A stretch of 28,879 nt of DNA from a virus (Duplodnaviria; Caudoviricetes), in IMG/VR virus record IMGVR_UViG_3300012862_000048, positions 1 to 28,879 of that record. The stretch is one strand, 5' to 3'. Numbering within the stretch: position 1 is the first letter of the stretch; each line of letters begins with the position of its first letter. Shown piece after piece: positions 8,777-17,725 of this stretch. Below the pieces are notes generated by a model. It saw only the letters and a list, made by a program, of their open reading frames with translations, made no database searches and was not told the origin of the DNA. Made by a program: the position numbers and the translations under genes.

Positions 8777-9253
8777 ATGCACAGTACAGGCCACGACCGC
8801 GTTCAGCGGTCTGTAGAGGGCGCTGCCGGCTACGCGCCGGCACAGCCCAAGAAGAACATCGACAGGCGGCGACAGAAGCTCCAAGGGCGCTCTAAGGGGC
8901 CGCCCTTCCTCATGATCGAGCACAGAATCTCTGACTCGCCCGAGTTCGGCAGGCTGTCCGGCAATGCGGTGAAGCTGCTGCTGGAGCTGGCTCGGCAATA
9001 CCGCCCAGGAAAGAACGGTGATCTGAGCATCCCTTGGTCGATGCTGTCCACGCGTGGATGGAAGAGCAAGGCGACGGTCCACAGCTCGAAGCTGGAGCTA
9101 CTGGCCGCAGGCTGGATCATCGAGACGCGAAAGGGCGGCAAGAACATGTGCAGCCTGTACGCCCTGACGTACTACGCGGTTGATGAATCAGAGAAGCACC
9201 TAGAGCCGGCGACCGTCACTCCACCGAACCTCTGGAGGGCACGCAATGGCTAG
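8777..9253 (+). CDS. Winged-helix protein, putative replication initiator
   Basis: LSGNAVKLLLELARQY...NGDLS...SKATVHSSKLELLAAGWI wHTH pattern; directly followed by iterons and a DnaA box. Confidence 0.65.
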   Translation: MHSTGHDRVQRSVEGAAGYAPAQPKKNIDRRRQKLQGRSKGPPFLMIEHRISDSPEFGRLSGNAVKLLLELARQYRPGKNGDLSIPWSMLSTRGWKSKATVHSSKLELLAAGWIIETRKGGKNMCSLYALTYYAVDESEKHLEPATVTPPNLWRARNG

Positions 9254-9404
9254 TCGCTATGTGGGCCAATGTGGTCGCTATGCAGGCCAATTCCCCAACG
9301 AGTTGGCCCGCATACAGACCTACGAGGTCGCAATGCAGGCCAGTCAGGCGGTTATCCACAGTGCCCCGAGGTCGCTATGTGTACACCCTTCTAGATATAT
9401 ACCA
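9253..9404. other. Putative iteron-type replication origin
   Basis: 16-bp repeats GTCGCTATGYRGGCCA at 9253, 9274, 9327 and 9371 (degenerate), one inverted copy at 9304-9319, perfect DnaA box TTATCCACA at 9352-9360, short AT-rich patch at 9389-9404. Confidence 0.75.
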
Positions 9405-9555
9405 AGCGGAGCGCGCTTCTACTGCTTCAAAGCACTGTCTTTAGGGCTTAGAGCCTGGGCGGCCGTTTCGCGGGCAATTCGGTGCATTGAACTGACCGGT
9501 TCGCGTGAGGGACTGGTTCGCCAGGCGGACGGCCAGCGGCATAGGGAGGGCGCCT

Positions 9556-10302
9556 ATGGCAGCCCGAGACCATGAGCGCTACGTGGAGCTGGTGCTGCTG
9601 TCGGACGACTCTGTCGACTTGGTAGTGAGGGCCATCGCTGGCGCATTTGGTTTCGGGGTGCCCACACGGCCCGCAGTCCGGCACGCGTCAAGGCGGAGAT
9701 CCAGCGAGGAGTCCTGTCCGGATGAAGGCGCGTACCTGCCCATCCATCGGGTGCACTCGATTGAGCAGGCCGCATCCAAGTACCTACCGGCGCAGGCGGC
9801 GGCTCGTAAACAAGCGCTAGAGACATTCAGCCCGAAGGATCGCCAAGCGGTGCTGGACTTTGACCATATGGCGGTGATGCGCTCCCCGGCCGCGGCTGAT
9901 CGCACTCGCCAGCTAAGGGGCTGGAAAGCACAAGGCTCGCTGACAGCTGCGCCTGCCAAGGGGCCGAGTAGGCTGGTGCTGCACGCATTGGCGGACGCGC
10001 AGCTGGACGGTCCTCTAGGTGCCTGGCTGATGCTGTATGCGATTGGAGACCAAAGGGAGTGGTCAGTGGTCTGTCGACACATGACCGCCTGCGGGCACCC
10101 CGATTGGGCTTCACTCGAAGCAGCTAGGAGACTGCTAGCCGGATGCCACCAGCAGTCCTATCGGGAGTCGGCCAAAGGCCACGCCCGCCAAGAGGCGCGA
10201 TTTCGTCGCGAGGTGCAATCGGCTGAGAGGCGCCTGCTTGAATGGCTGGCTCGCGCCAGCCGGAGAGTTGCCGCCGCGATGGGCTCTGCCTGCGAGCAGT
10301 AG
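9556..10302 (+). CDS. Hypothetical protein, candidate late-gene regulator (Q-like position)
   Basis: GGGAGG RBS; C-terminal HTH-like segment (SYRESAK...RFRREVQSAERRLLEWL); lies just before the terminator-gated operon. Function is inferred. Confidence 0.55.
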   Translation: MAARDHERYVELVLLSDDSVDLVVRAIAGAFGFGVPTRPAVRHASRRRSSEESCPDEGAYLPIHRVHSIEQAASKYLPAQAAARKQALETFSPKDRQAVLDFDHMAVMRSPAAADRTRQLRGWKAQGSLTAAPAKGPSRLVLHALADAQLDGPLGAWLMLYAIGDQREWSVVCRHMTACGHPDWASLEAARRLLAGCHQQSYRESAKGHARQEARFRREVQSAERRLLEWLARASRRVAAAMGSACEQ

Positions 10303-10393
10303 ACCTACGTGGACGGCAGTGGACGCGGGAGTCAAAAGCACCCGGATTCCGACCTACCTAGTAGGGCCCCACGTCCCCCCAAGGGCGGGTCCG

Positions 10394-10431
10394 GGCGGCA
10401 GCCCCCAGAGAGCTGCCGCCTTCTTTTTTTT
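10394..10431 (+). terminator. Intrinsic terminator upstream of the ejection-protein operon
   Basis: GGCGGCAGC-9 nt-GCTGCCGCC followed by TTCTTTTTTTT. Confidence 0.85.
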
Positions 10432-10496
10432 GCGACTCAAAGCTCGCAACCGAATTCGGCACGCATGCAGGCTGCCACTTAGGCAACGGAGATCTG

Positions 10497-11048
10497 ATGC
10501 CACCAATCATTGTCGACAATGCGATCTCCGATGCGCCGGGCGTCCGGGCGGCGGCAATGCGCGCGCAGTACGTGGACTGGCCCGGCCATGACGGTGAGGT
10601 CTACAAGCGGGTGTCGCTGACGCCGGTTCCTGGGCTGCAGGAAGCCATCGAGGCGCAGCTTGGCCCGGTGGAGATGCTGGGCATGGGCTACCGGCTCAAC
10701 TTCGATGGTGAGCTGCCCAACGCTGCGATCCACTCTGATATGGGCTGGGGGACGCACGCCGCCGTGCTGTACTTGAGCGAAGGCGAGGGCGGCACTGCGT
10801 TCTGGCAGCACAAGGCCACTGGCGCCACGCGCATCGATCCGGGCGACGTGGCTCTGTTCGCGGCCATCGAGGGTGATTGGGACGCTGCTGATCGCTGGGA
10901 GCAGACCGGCCTGGCGGAAATGAAGATGGGCCGCATGGTGATCTACGAATCGGCCATGTTCCACAGCCGCTGGCCTTTTGCCGCTTTCGGCACTGACTAC
11001 GAATCTGGCCGCCTGGTTGCGGTGGCCTTCTTTACTCCGAGGGGCTGA
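10497..11048 (+). CDS. 2OG-Fe(II) oxygenase-like protein (DUF6445-like)
   Basis: HxD (IHSD), AAVLYL, GGTAFW, distal H (MFHSR) and R (GRLV) of the double-stranded beta-helix fold. Confidence 0.78.
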   Translation: MPPIIVDNAISDAPGVRAAAMRAQYVDWPGHDGEVYKRVSLTPVPGLQEAIEAQLGPVEMLGMGYRLNFDGELPNAAIHSDMGWGTHAAVLYLSEGEGGTAFWQHKATGATRIDPGDVALFAAIEGDWDAADRWEQTGLAEMKMGRMVIYESAMFHSRWPFAAFGTDYESGRLVAVAFFTPRG

Positions 11049-11497
11049 TGACCACGATCCGCAAAGCAACTCTGGCCGATGTGCCGGAGATCGTCCGCAT
11101 GTCCGCAGCTTTCTACCCGACAACGCACTACGCGCAGTGGTGCGAGATGGACGAGGACAGCGTGGCCGGCCTTGCCACTGGCCTGATCGAGAACGACGTG
11201 TTCTTCGTGGCCGAGAGTGACGGCGCACTGGTTGGCATGGTCGGCGTGATGCTGGTCCCGTTCCTGTTCAACCGCGACCACCTGTTCGCCACTGAGATCG
11301 TGTGGTGGGTCGCCCCGGAGTCGCGCGGTACGTCGGTGGCCGCCCGCCTGCTGGACGTGATCGAAGCCCCGTGCCGCGAGCGTGGCGCAGCTCGCATCCA
11401 GATGGTGCATATGCCCAACAGCCCGCCACAAGCCGCCGCTCTGTATGAGCGGATGGGCTATGCGCGCTCCGAAATCTCCTACACGAAGGATCTCTGA
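11048..11497 (+). CDS. GNAT acetyltransferase in the phage virion-assembly position
   Basis: IRKATLADV, WWVAPESRGTSVA (motif A), LYERMGY (motif B); TGATG coupling. Confidence 0.88.
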   Translation: MTTIRKATLADVPEIVRMSAAFYPTTHYAQWCEMDEDSVAGLATGLIENDVFFVAESDGALVGMVGVMLVPFLFNRDHLFATEIVWWVAPESRGTSVAARLLDVIEAPCRERGAARIQMVHMPNSPPQAAALYERMGYARSEISYTKDL

Positions 11498-11499
11498 CA

Positions 11500-12249
11500 A
11501 TGGCCGCTATCACCGCAGCAGCAGTGGTCGGCGCCGGCATGGCCTATTCGGCCAATCGCCAAGGCGCCGCACAGAAGAAGGCGGGCCGCGCCCAAGCAAG
11601 CGCAGCCCAGCAGACGCTGGACACCCAGCAGGGCATTTACGACCAGTCGCGCCAGGAGGCCATGCCGTACCTAGAGGCGGGTAACAACGCCCTGACCGGC
11701 CTGAACGCCTTGGCGGCTGGCGACTACTCAGCCTTTGAGAACTCGCCGGACTACCTGTATGCCCAGCAGTCGGGGCTTGCAGGTCTGGACCGTAGCGCGG
11801 CGGCGCGCGGCGGCCTGTACTCCGGCGGCGCTGACGCTGATCGCATCGCCCTGTCCTCGGGGCTGGCCACGCAGAATTTGGGCAACTACCGGAACTCGCT
11901 GATGGGCCTGGCCAGCATGGGTCAGAACCAGAGCCAGTACCTGGGCCAGCTCGGACAGAACTACGGCAACCAGTTCGCCAATGCCATGGGCATCAAGGGC
12001 AACGCACTGGCCCAGATCGCGTCTGCAGGGCCGATGACGCAGGCGGGGTATGGCAATGCCTTGGCAGCGGCAGCCAGCACCTATGCAGGGGCGGCCGGTG
12101 GTGGCGGTAACGGACTGTCCGGCTGGCAGCCATCGTCTGCTTGGGGTCAGTCAGTCACCGCGTCGCCAGGATCCAATCTGGGTTTTGGCAACAACATGCA
12201 GAATTTCCTGGCCTTGGGTAATGGCCGCAAATCCAGCTTCGGCGGCTGA
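11500..12249 (+). CDS. DNA ejection protein, P22 gp7-like
   Basis: Hydrophobic Ala/Gly N-terminus, Q-rich helix, PYLEAGNNAL, SAAARGGLYSG motif, G/N/Q-rich tail; first of three ejection-type genes. Confidence 0.8.
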   Translation: MAAITAAAVVGAGMAYSANRQGAAQKKAGRAQASAAQQTLDTQQGIYDQSRQEAMPYLEAGNNALTGLNALAAGDYSAFENSPDYLYAQQSGLAGLDRSAAARGGLYSGGADADRIALSSGLATQNLGNYRNSLMGLASMGQNQSQYLGQLGQNYGNQFANAMGIKGNALAQIASAGPMTQAGYGNALAAAASTYAGAAGGGGNGLSGWQPSSAWGQSVTASPGSNLGFGNNMQNFLALGNGRKSSFGG

Positions 12250-12260
12250 GGGAGCTAGCA

Positions 12261-13778
12261 ATGGCAGACTACCAACAGAATCTCCTGGCATCTCTCCAGG
12301 GCGGCTTGAACTTCGGGCAGCAGATAAAGAAGCAACGCGACACCAACCAACTGAACCAGCTTGCTTCCCTCTCCTACAGTGCGCCGATGGAGCAGCGGAA
12401 CTCGCTTTTGGGACAGATGGCGGCAATCGATCTAGAGGCTGCCCAGCAGCAGCAGAAGGCGTTCGTAAGTGACGATGATCGCCGTACCACCACGATGGTA
12501 AACATGGCCAAGCTGCTTACGACCATGCCGCCAGAGGCCCGAGAGAGCCTGTACAACAACCGGATGCTCCCCGAGCTGCAGAAGATGGGGGTGTCTGGCG
12601 CCCCTCGGTGGTCCCCTGAAACCGAGGCGGTCATTATGAAAAGCGCCAATGACCTCTACATGGCTGGCACCGGCGGGCAGATGCCGACGGATGTTCGGTC
12701 CTTCCAGATGATGACTGCAGGTCTTTCGCCGGAGGATCGCGAGAAGGCCCGCCGGATCAACCTCGGCTTGGCAGGCCGCGAGTCCTCAGCGGCAATCACC
12801 TATCAGAAGGTGAGGGGGCCTGATGGGCTGGAGCGGCTGGTCGCCGTTGACCCGCGCCAGATCGGGGCGCAGGTTGTTGGCGATGGATCAGGGTATGGCT
12901 CATTCGCCAGCCAGCAACAGCCCACGATTTTCCGTGGGGCGGGCGGCGAGGTGGTCGATGTTTCCCAGGTGACCGAGCCGGGGCTTCGCGAGGCAATTAT
13001 GCAAAACCCCACCGCGTGGGGTCTGGTTCCCGATGGCGGGTCGGTACAGATGCCCGACCGGATGGTAAATGCCCCGGGTGGCCCCACCATGAACCCGTTC
13101 GTTGGCCGAAGCCCAGAGGATCAAGCGGCTCTCACGGAGGCAGCAAAGGCCGGAGTCGAAAACGCGAACTTCCCCAACAGGCTTTCCCAAGAGCGTCAGT
13201 TGCAGGACGTCAAGACTCAGGGGGCGATCACCCAAGCGGCCGGCACAGCGGCAGCGGAGGCTCAGGCGAAGGATGCCTCGCAGCGCCCCAAGCGCATCCA
13301 GCAATACAGGCAGGCTCTTTCCTCGGCCGGGAATGTCGAGACGTCTTTGGACAAGGCTCTTGGCCTTCTGAGCCCGTACTCGACTGGCTTCGTAGGCGCG
13401 CGCTCTCGTGGAGTTGAAGGGAGCCCGTCCTACAACCTGGCTGCGGAGCTGGAAACGATCAAGGCCAACCTCGGCTTCGACAGGCTGCAGCAAATGCGCG
13501 ATTCGTCGCCCACCGGCGGCGCGCTTGGCGCTATTGCCGTGCAGGAACTGGTGGCATTGCAGTCCACGATTGCCAATCTCGATCCAAATCAGTCCGAAGA
13601 CCAGATCCGAACGAACCTTGATCGGGTAAAAACGCACTACAAGAACTGGCGTTCTGCGGTTCAGCAGTCCCTTGCTGATGAGGAGCGCGCCCAATCAGAG
13701 CGGCCAGCCGCATCGCCAGCGGCGAGAGCTCCGGCAGCTGCCTCATCCGCCTCCAGTTACAGCAACCTTTGGAACTGA
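12261..13778 (+). CDS. DNA ejection protein, P22 gp20-like
   Basis: 505 aa, Q/A-rich and helical; LASLQGG N-terminus; C-terminal SPTGGALG..ELVALQ..LDPNQS segment and SYSNLW ending resemble gp20-type proteins (from memory); synteny. Confidence 0.72.
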   Translation: MADYQQNLLASLQGGLNFGQQIKKQRDTNQLNQLASLSYSAPMEQRNSLLGQMAAIDLEAAQQQQKAFVSDDDRRTTTMVNMAKLLTTMPPEARESLYNNRMLPELQKMGVSGAPRWSPETEAVIMKSANDLYMAGTGGQMPTDVRSFQMMTAGLSPEDREKARRINLGLAGRESSAAITYQKVRGPDGLERLVAVDPRQIGAQVVGDGSGYGSFASQQQPTIFRGAGGEVVDVSQVTEPGLREAIMQNPTAWGLVPDGGSVQMPDRMVNAPGGPTMNPFVGRSPEDQAALTEAAKAGVENANFPNRLSQERQLQDVKTQGAITQAAGTAAAEAQAKDASQRPKRIQQYRQALSSAGNVETSLDKALGLLSPYSTGFVGARSRGVEGSPSYNLAAELETIKANLGFDRLQQMRDSSPTGGALGAIAVQELVALQSTIANLDPNQSEDQIRTNLDRVKTHYKNWRSAVQQSLADEERAQSERPAASPAARAPAAASSASSYSNLWN

Positions 13779-13781
13779 CTA

Positions 13782-16337
13782 ATGGCCAAGAAATGGGTTG
13801 AGGTAGCGGCTTCGCCTGCCTATCAGGCGCTAGCACCGGAGCAGCAGGAAGAGGCTCGGAACCAGTACTGGAACGAGGTGGTCGCGCCAAACGTTCCGCA
13901 GGCAGAGCATGCCTATGTTCGGCAGGCCTTCGATTCCGACACCAGTCGCACGGTGAACTGGCCAGGGCAGGCGCCGCTTGAAGCCGAGATCGTGGGAGGC
14001 ACACGCCAGAGCGCGACGCAGCAGGCTGCGCCGGCCCAGCAGCAGCCGCAGACCGCCCCGGATGGCTGGGAGTATGGCCCTCTGCGCGACACCATGTTCG
14101 GCGCACGATCCGTCCTGCAGGGCCTGGGAGGCCTTATCGGCGCAGTCGGCGGCGACGCTGGCAACTATGCGCTGGTGAATCCGATCCTGCGCGCCGTCGG
14201 GGCGCAGCAGGTTCGTCCGTACCGGGAGGAATTTGGCGCCCTGGCCGATCAGCTTGGCCTGCCCAAGGCGCAGACCTCCGGCGACCGCGTGCTGGGTGAC
14301 ATTGGCGAGGCGCTGACCGGAACCGGCCTGACGCTGGGCGCTGGTGCTGGCCTGAATGCGCTAGCGAACATGGGTAGGGGTGCCGCAATCCGCACCCCGG
14401 GCTATGTGGCTCCGGTAGAGAACAGGCTGGCGAACTTCCTGACGGCGCAGCCCGGCTTGCAGACCGTCTCTGCCGCCACGGGCTCCGGCGCATCGTCCAT
14501 CAGCCGAGAGTCTGGCGGATCGCAAGGCAACCAGCTGCTGGCTGGTCTTGCGGGTGGCCTGGGGCCGGGTCTCGTCACGGCGGGTGGCGCAGCGGGCTTA
14601 CGCGGGGTGGTGCGCGGCGGATCTGGCGAGAACATGAAGAACCGTTTGGCCGACTTCAACGCACTGGGAGCGCAACCGTCCGTAGGTCAGGCATCGGGCA
14701 ACCCTATGGTGCAGGGGTTGGAGAATCTTCTGGCTCAGGGTCCCACCAGTTCGGGGGTCATGGCTCGGGCTGCGGAGCGTCAATCGGGCGAGATATCCAG
14801 CGGCTTGGGGAAGATGGCCAACGACTTCTCGCGTAGCGCTAGCGGCGAGCGTGCAGGCCGGGCAATCAAGCGTGGGATCTACGACGAGGGCGGTTTCAGC
14901 AGCCAGTTTAAGGCGACGCAGGATCAGCTCTACGACAAGGTTGACGAGTTGATTCCCCCCGCCCAAGGCGTGGCAATGGGCAACACCCGCGCCACCTTGG
15001 ACTCCCTCAGTAATCCGATCAAGTCTCCTGGAGCACCGAATACTGCTCGACTGTTCCAGAACGGGCGCATTACCGGAATTGGGAATGCTGTTGAGGCGGA
15101 CTTGGCGATTCCCACCCCCCAGCAGTTGTCGCTTGATGAGGCGGTTGCCAAGGTCAATCAGCTCTATGCATCGCGTGACTCTGCCTCTCAGGATGCTGGG
15201 CGGTTCGCTGCCTTTGCCAACGACCAGGCCAATGCTGCGCAGCGGTACTTCCCCGTGGCTGGGCAGCCCCGATTCCCCGGCCGGTATACACCGGCCCAGG
15301 CAAACGTTGCTCCGGGCCAGCAGGCCGCAGCTGAGGCCACCGAGATCGCGCGAGACCGTGTTTCACAGGCCGCAGAGATCGAAGCGACCATTGGCGACCT
15401 GACTGCTGCTGCGGAACGCGCCGGCGGCCGACTGCCATATGAGGCCGTCAAGAAGCTTCGCTCCTTGGTGGGAGAAGAGCTACAGGATGCCGGGCTAGCG
15501 TCCGATTTCCCCAGGTCCAAGTTCAAAGCCCTATACGCGGCTCTATCGGAAGATCTGGGTGTCGCCGCTCAGGAAGCTGGCCCGGAAGCCGTTGCGGCCT
15601 ACAGTCGGGCCAACGCCTACACCCGCGCTGGTATGCGTCGCATTGAAGACATTGAAAGCGTGATTGACCGTGCCGGCGGCGCTGAAAAGGTGTTTTCGTC
15701 GCTTATGGCCACTGGCAAGGAGGGTGGCTCCACACTGCGGTCCGTTCTTCAGTCACTGCCCGTCGAGAGTCAGCGGGCCGTTACCGCCGCCGCCATCAAG
15801 CGCCTCGGGAGAGCAAGTCCAGGTGCGCAAGACGCAACCGGTGAGGTGTTCAGTGCCCGGACCTTCCTCACCAACTGGAACAACGTCAGCACCGAGGCCC
15901 GCCGCGCGCTGTTCGACCGCTACGGAAAGGGTTTCAGCGAGCAAGTGGATCGCATCGCAAAGGTGGCCGACATGATCGACAAGGGCGCCGGAGTCTTTAA
16001 GAACCCGCCTGGCACCGCCAAGAGTCTGGCTGGCCTGACGTATGGCGCGTCGCTGGTGGGAAGCATGTTCACAGGCGGAACGGCGCTGCTCCTCGGAGCG
16101 GGCGTCAGCGCAAATGCAGCTGCCCGGTGGCTCACCAATCCGCGAGCAGTGAAGTTCTTGGCCAACGCCACCACGCTTCCTAAGTCTCAGATCCCTTCGT
16201 TCATCAACTATGTCGCGCAAGAAGGGCAGAAGACGGGTGACCAGGATTTGCAGGATCTAGCCAAAGTACTTGGCAACGCGGAACAGGAAGTAGCCAACTC
16301 CTCCGACAATCGCAACGACACGGACAACCGGCGTTAG
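13782..16337 (+). CDS. Large DNA ejection protein, P22 gp16-like
   Basis: N-terminus MAKKWVEVAASPAYQALAPEQQEEARNQYWNEVVAP closely resembles the start of P22-like gp16 variants as I recall them; Gly/Ala-rich hydrophobic segments; 851 aa. Confidence 0.78.
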   Translation: MAKKWVEVAASPAYQALAPEQQEEARNQYWNEVVAPNVPQAEHAYVRQAFDSDTSRTVNWPGQAPLEAEIVGGTRQSATQQAAPAQQQPQTAPDGWEYGPLRDTMFGARSVLQGLGGLIGAVGGDAGNYALVNPILRAVGAQQVRPYREEFGALADQLGLPKAQTSGDRVLGDIGEALTGTGLTLGAGAGLNALANMGRGAAIRTPGYVAPVENRLANFLTAQPGLQTVSAATGSGASSISRESGGSQGNQLLAGLAGGLGPGLVTAGGAAGLRGVVRGGSGENMKNRLADFNALGAQPSVGQASGNPMVQGLENLLAQGPTSSGVMARAAERQSGEISSGLGKMANDFSRSASGERAGRAIKRGIYDEGGFSSQFKATQDQLYDKVDELIPPAQGVAMGNTRATLDSLSNPIKSPGAPNTARLFQNGRITGIGNAVEADLAIPTPQQLSLDEAVAKVNQLYASRDSASQDAGRFAAFANDQANAAQRYFPVAGQPRFPGRYTPAQANVAPGQQAAAEATEIARDRVSQAAEIEATIGDLTAAAERAGGRLPYEAVKKLRSLVGEELQDAGLASDFPRSKFKALYAALSEDLGVAAQEAGPEAVAAYSRANAYTRAGMRRIEDIESVIDRAGGAEKVFSSLMATGKEGGSTLRSVLQSLPVESQRAVTAAAIKRLGRASPGAQDATGEVFSARTFLTNWNNVSTEARRALFDRYGKGFSEQVDRIAKVADMIDKGAGVFKNPPGTAKSLAGLTYGASLVGSMFTGGTALLLGAGVSANAAARWLTNPRAVKFLANATTLPKSQIPSFINYVAQEGQKTGDQDLQDLAKVLGNAEQEVANSSDNRNDTDNRR

Positions 16338-16451
16338 GACGACTTTGAGGCTCTCCCAGCCTGAGAACTCTACTTCCGCCTCACGATCCTTTTGAGCCCA
16401 ATCCTTCGGCTGGCCGCCGACGTTGGACAGGTCGAACTTTTCCTTGCTCAT
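16257..16451 (-). CDS. Small membrane protein (64 aa), candidate superinfection exclusion factor
   Basis: GGAG RBS; MSKEKFDL...VVLTPVVRVVAIVGGVGYFLFRVAKYFG with one C-terminal TM segment; overlaps the 3' end of the gp16-like gene. Confidence 0.55.
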   Translation of the reverse strand: MSKEKFDLSNVGGQPKDWAQKDREAEVEFSGWESLKVVLTPVVRVVAIVGGVGYFLFRVAKYFG

Positions 16452-16482
16452 CTGATCACTCCATGGGTGCGTGATTTTCCAG

Positions 16483-16827
16483 TCATCGATGCTTCTCAGC
16501 GCATGATGACTCGTCAGTCTGCAGGCAGCAGATATAAGACCAGTCCTCCGCGCTGTCTCTTCTTCTAGCCTGCGCGGCATCCCAGGCAATTGCTCCGCAC
16601 TGTTGGAGCCCAACAGCCGTGCCAAGGAACAGCTCATTCGGCTCCGCAGGTGGCTCCTTGCCTTCGTAGTAGTAGACGTTGAAGGTCTGAGTTTCAAGCT
16701 GCTTGCAGGTGAATCGAGAGTATTCCTTGCAGGAGTCTCGCTCGCAGCCCGTGAGGGCGAATAGCAGAGCTAGGGACGCCGCCGTCAGAGCGGGAGTAGT
16801 GAGTCTCCGCAGGCATCTGGTGTCCAT
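16483..16827 (-). CDS. Cysteine-rich lipoprotein
   Basis: AGGAGG RBS; basic N-region, hydrophobic h-region, lipobox LTG-C; six further Cys in the mature part. Confidence 0.8.
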   Translation of the reverse strand: MDTRCLRRLTTPALTAASLALLFALTGCERDSCKEYSRFTCKQLETQTFNVYYYEGKEPPAEPNELFLGTAVGLQQCGAIAWDAAQARRRDSAEDWSYICCLQTDESSCAEKHR

Positions 16828-16895
16828 AGCCCCTCCTTGAGTCGACAAATCGTAACACCAGCAGGGCGCCCCCCTGCACAGAGGAATTGAACCCC

Positions 16896-17597
16896 ATGAG
16901 GAAAGAGAACCGGCCCGCCGACGGTGCCAGCCAGCGCTCGGCTAAGCTCGATGTGCCTCTCGATAAGGGGCAGACCCTGGAGGAGAAGTCGGCCGGGCTG
17001 ATTGCTGAGGGCATTGCCAGCAACGCCTTCGTCAGCCTGCTGTTTGCGCAGCACTCCGGGGTGGCCGGCGGGAACGAGCTGAACGAGCTGGTGAAGTCGA
17101 CCCGGGCGGTAGTAGGGCGTGCCGCCAAGGGCGAGACCGACCAGGCCGATGGGCTGCTGACCAGCCAAGCCATTGCCCTGAATGCGGTCTTCTTGGAGAT
17201 GAGCCGTCGAGCGGCCCTCAACATGGGGGAGCATATGGGCGCCATGGAGACCTACATGCGGCTGGCCCTGAAGGCGCAGTCCCAATGCCGGACCACCCTA
17301 GAGACCCTGGCCGAGATCAAGAACCCGAGAGCCGTGGCGTTCGTGAAGCAGGCCAACATTGCCGGCGGCCACCAGCAGGTGAACAACCACCCCCCAGGCA
17401 GCCCCGTGTCGGTCCCGGATGAGGCCGGGCGCGCGGAAAGCAAAAGACGGCCGAACGAACTATTGGAGGAGATCTCAGATGCGCAATGGCTGGACCCCAG
17501 AGCGGCGCCGGCGACAGGCGCAGGCAATCCAGAACTGGCGACCGTGGGAGCAGGCGACCGGCCCGCGCAGCGTCGAAGGAAAGGCCAAGGCGGCTAG
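16896..17597 (+). CDS. Conserved island hypothetical protein, possibly packaging-related
   Basis: GAGGA RBS; helical core with LALKAQSQCRTTLETLAEIKNP...VKQANIA.GHQQVNN, a motif I recall from satellite-like islands; function unknown. Confidence 0.7.
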   Translation: MRKENRPADGASQRSAKLDVPLDKGQTLEEKSAGLIAEGIASNAFVSLLFAQHSGVAGGNELNELVKSTRAVVGRAAKGETDQADGLLTSQAIALNAVFLEMSRRAALNMGEHMGAMETYMRLALKAQSQCRTTLETLAEIKNPRAVAFVKQANIAGGHQQVNNHPPGSPVSVPDEAGRAESKRRPNELLEEISDAQWLDPRAAPATGAGNPELATVGAGDRPAQRRRKGQGG

Positions 17598-17670
17598 GAA
17601 CGCCTGGAAGGGCGGGGAGCGAATGACGCTCCGTCAGCTGGCTGCTGTCCTTCGGGAAGTCAGGTGCTGA
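17479..17670 (+). CDS. Small basic protein with STGP-x-T-x-EGK-like motif (HGGxSTG-related)
   Basis: GGAGGA RBS; WTPERRRRQAQAIQNWRPWEQATGPRSVEGKAKAARNAWKGG; overlaps the upstream gene by 119 bp. Confidence 0.65.
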   Translation: MRNGWTPERRRRQAQAIQNWRPWEQATGPRSVEGKAKAARNAWKGGERMTLRQLAAVLREVRC

Positions 17671-17712
17671 CACAGGAGTCCTCACGCGACTCAATTTTGA
17701 GTTTTGCTTTGA

Positions 17713-17725
17713 AATCAATGGGTTA
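17713..17725 (+). promoter_or_regulatory. IHF consensus site
   Basis: AATCAATGGGTTA matches WATCAANNNNTTR, in an AT-rich context. Confidence 0.55.

Noticed and set aside
9253-9386. CRISPR array
   Set aside because: Repeats are 16 bp, degenerate and irregularly spaced, one is inverted, and no cas genes are present.
9246-9575. 109-aa ORF across the repeat region
   Set aside because: Coincides with the iterons and DnaA box, and its peptide repeats just mirror the DNA repeats. The ATG overlap with the upstream gene means translation cannot be excluded.
12900-16220. Several minus-strand ORFs within the ejection genes
   Set aside because: Antisense or alternate-frame shadows without recognisable RBS or motifs.
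16452-16697. N-terminal extension of ORF 16257..16697
   Set aside because: Overlaps the lipoprotein gene in another frame; an RBS supports the ATG at 16451.
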